Of a stretch of 35,212 nucleotides of DNA, positions 34,401 through 35,212 are shown one piece after another. The position numbers and the translations under genes are program-made. The notes below the pieces were generated by a model. That model worked only from the letters and a program-made list of their open reading frames with translations. It was not told where the DNA came from and ran no database searches. How positions within the stretch are numbered: the first letter of the stretch is position 1; the number at the start of each line of letters is the position of its first letter. The DNA comes from Jimgerdemannia flammicorona (lineage: Eukaryota), in NCBI GenBank assembly GCA_003990765.1, contig RBNJ01000257.1:1-35212 (forward strand), given 5' to 3'.

Positions 34401-35212
34401 ATTTGTAAAAGAAGAGTTATACCAGAAGAGAAAAAAAGCACACTAAGAGCTGAGAAAAAGGAAAGAGAGCAAGAAGGTCAAGGGAGAGGTGTTGTGGGGT
34501 TCTCATATATGATGATGGAATAGACTACTTCTGGGGAGTGCTCCACTTGTTACTTTTGATATTGGGGATAGAGTAGAGTATCAGTGGAGACTTGGCCAGG
34601 ACCTTTGGCCAAGCAGTTGGCAGGTAGTCAGGATTGGCAAGGAGTGGGACTGGGCAGGTATCTGGTCTTAGAGTGCTGAGGTGTGGAGGTGGCTTCTCCC
34701 CAAGTTCTGGGTGGTGTGGTGGTGAATGCTGCAGAGAAATATCATGTTGAATTTCCGCACCAGGCATCTGGTGGATGGTGGCTGTTTTGACTGTGAGGAG
34801 TATTACAATGTAGGGCAAGTTGGGGGTTTGGTGCAGATACCAGAACATTGGCTGGGGGAGTGTGAGGTTTTGGGGGACTTTTGGGTTAAAATAGGGAATA
34901 GACTGGGTGTGGAGTGCAGGCCAGTGGGTGAAGGGGACCACTGGGAGGCCTTGAGATCTCGGCTGGTAGGGGGGGTGGGTGATAGTTGGCTCACTGTCGG
35001 GTGGGTGTTAGCAGTTTGGGTGGGTCTGGTGGGACATTGGCTTTTTGTGTTTGAGGAGGAGTGGCAGATGAGCCTACAGGAGAAGGTTGTGAGGTGGGAG
35101 GAGCTGTTAGGGAATCTGTTGACTGGATGGTGGATTGGTTGGGGTCCTTCAGGGGGGTGATAGTGTGGTTTGGTGGCAAGGATATGCAAACAGAGTAGTG
35201 GGAGAGTTGGAA

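Larger units (their letters stand above)
27610..35212 (-). mobile_element. L1/Tx1-clade LINE retrotransposon, dead and hypermutated; 5' end at or beyond the window edge
   Basis: Poly(A) tail (poly-T 27610-27676 on +), AATAAA at 27699-27694, and relics of ORF2 (EN, RT, CCHC) and ORF1 in the right order on the minus strand. Confidence 0.9.

Noticed and set aside
34525..35189. Pro/Thr-rich and Gly/Trp-rich ORFs at the window end
   Set aside because: Most likely the LINE 5' UTR or low-complexity ORF1 N-terminus, not host genes.
1..35212. tRNA, rRNA or snoRNA genes
   Set aside because: No convincing cloverleaf, rRNA motif or C/D box pair seen by eye; a covariance-model scan would be needed to exclude them.

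Overview
Eukaryotic, most likely fungal, DNA. Short GT-AG introns with CTRAY-like branch points, long poly-A/T runs and the protein families suggest an early-diverging fungus (Mucoromycota, Endogonales/Glomeromycotina-like); this is inference. The first ~27.5 kb is gene-sparse and accessory-like. It holds a six-finger C2HC zinc-finger gene, two F-box-like genes, a secreted Cys/Gly/aromatic repeat protein, a small acidic protein with a C-terminal membrane helix, a two-exon BTB/POZ gene and a four-exon FUN14-family gene. Orphan gene fragments lie between them, the most notable being a decayed CHAT-protease + NB-ARC/STAND (NLR-like) gene. From 27,610 to the window end lies a minus-strand L1/Tx1-clade LINE. 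It is heavily hypermutated by C:G>T:A transitions that have removed CpG and most CpA/CpC but spared CpT. Two younger elements are nested in it: a 356-bp hAT-type foldback MITE (8-bp TSD) and a 1.18-kb polyadenylated retroposon (16-bp TSD). Mismatches in their TSDs record the same non-CpG transitions. All homology calls are by-eye motif recognition; no database search was run.
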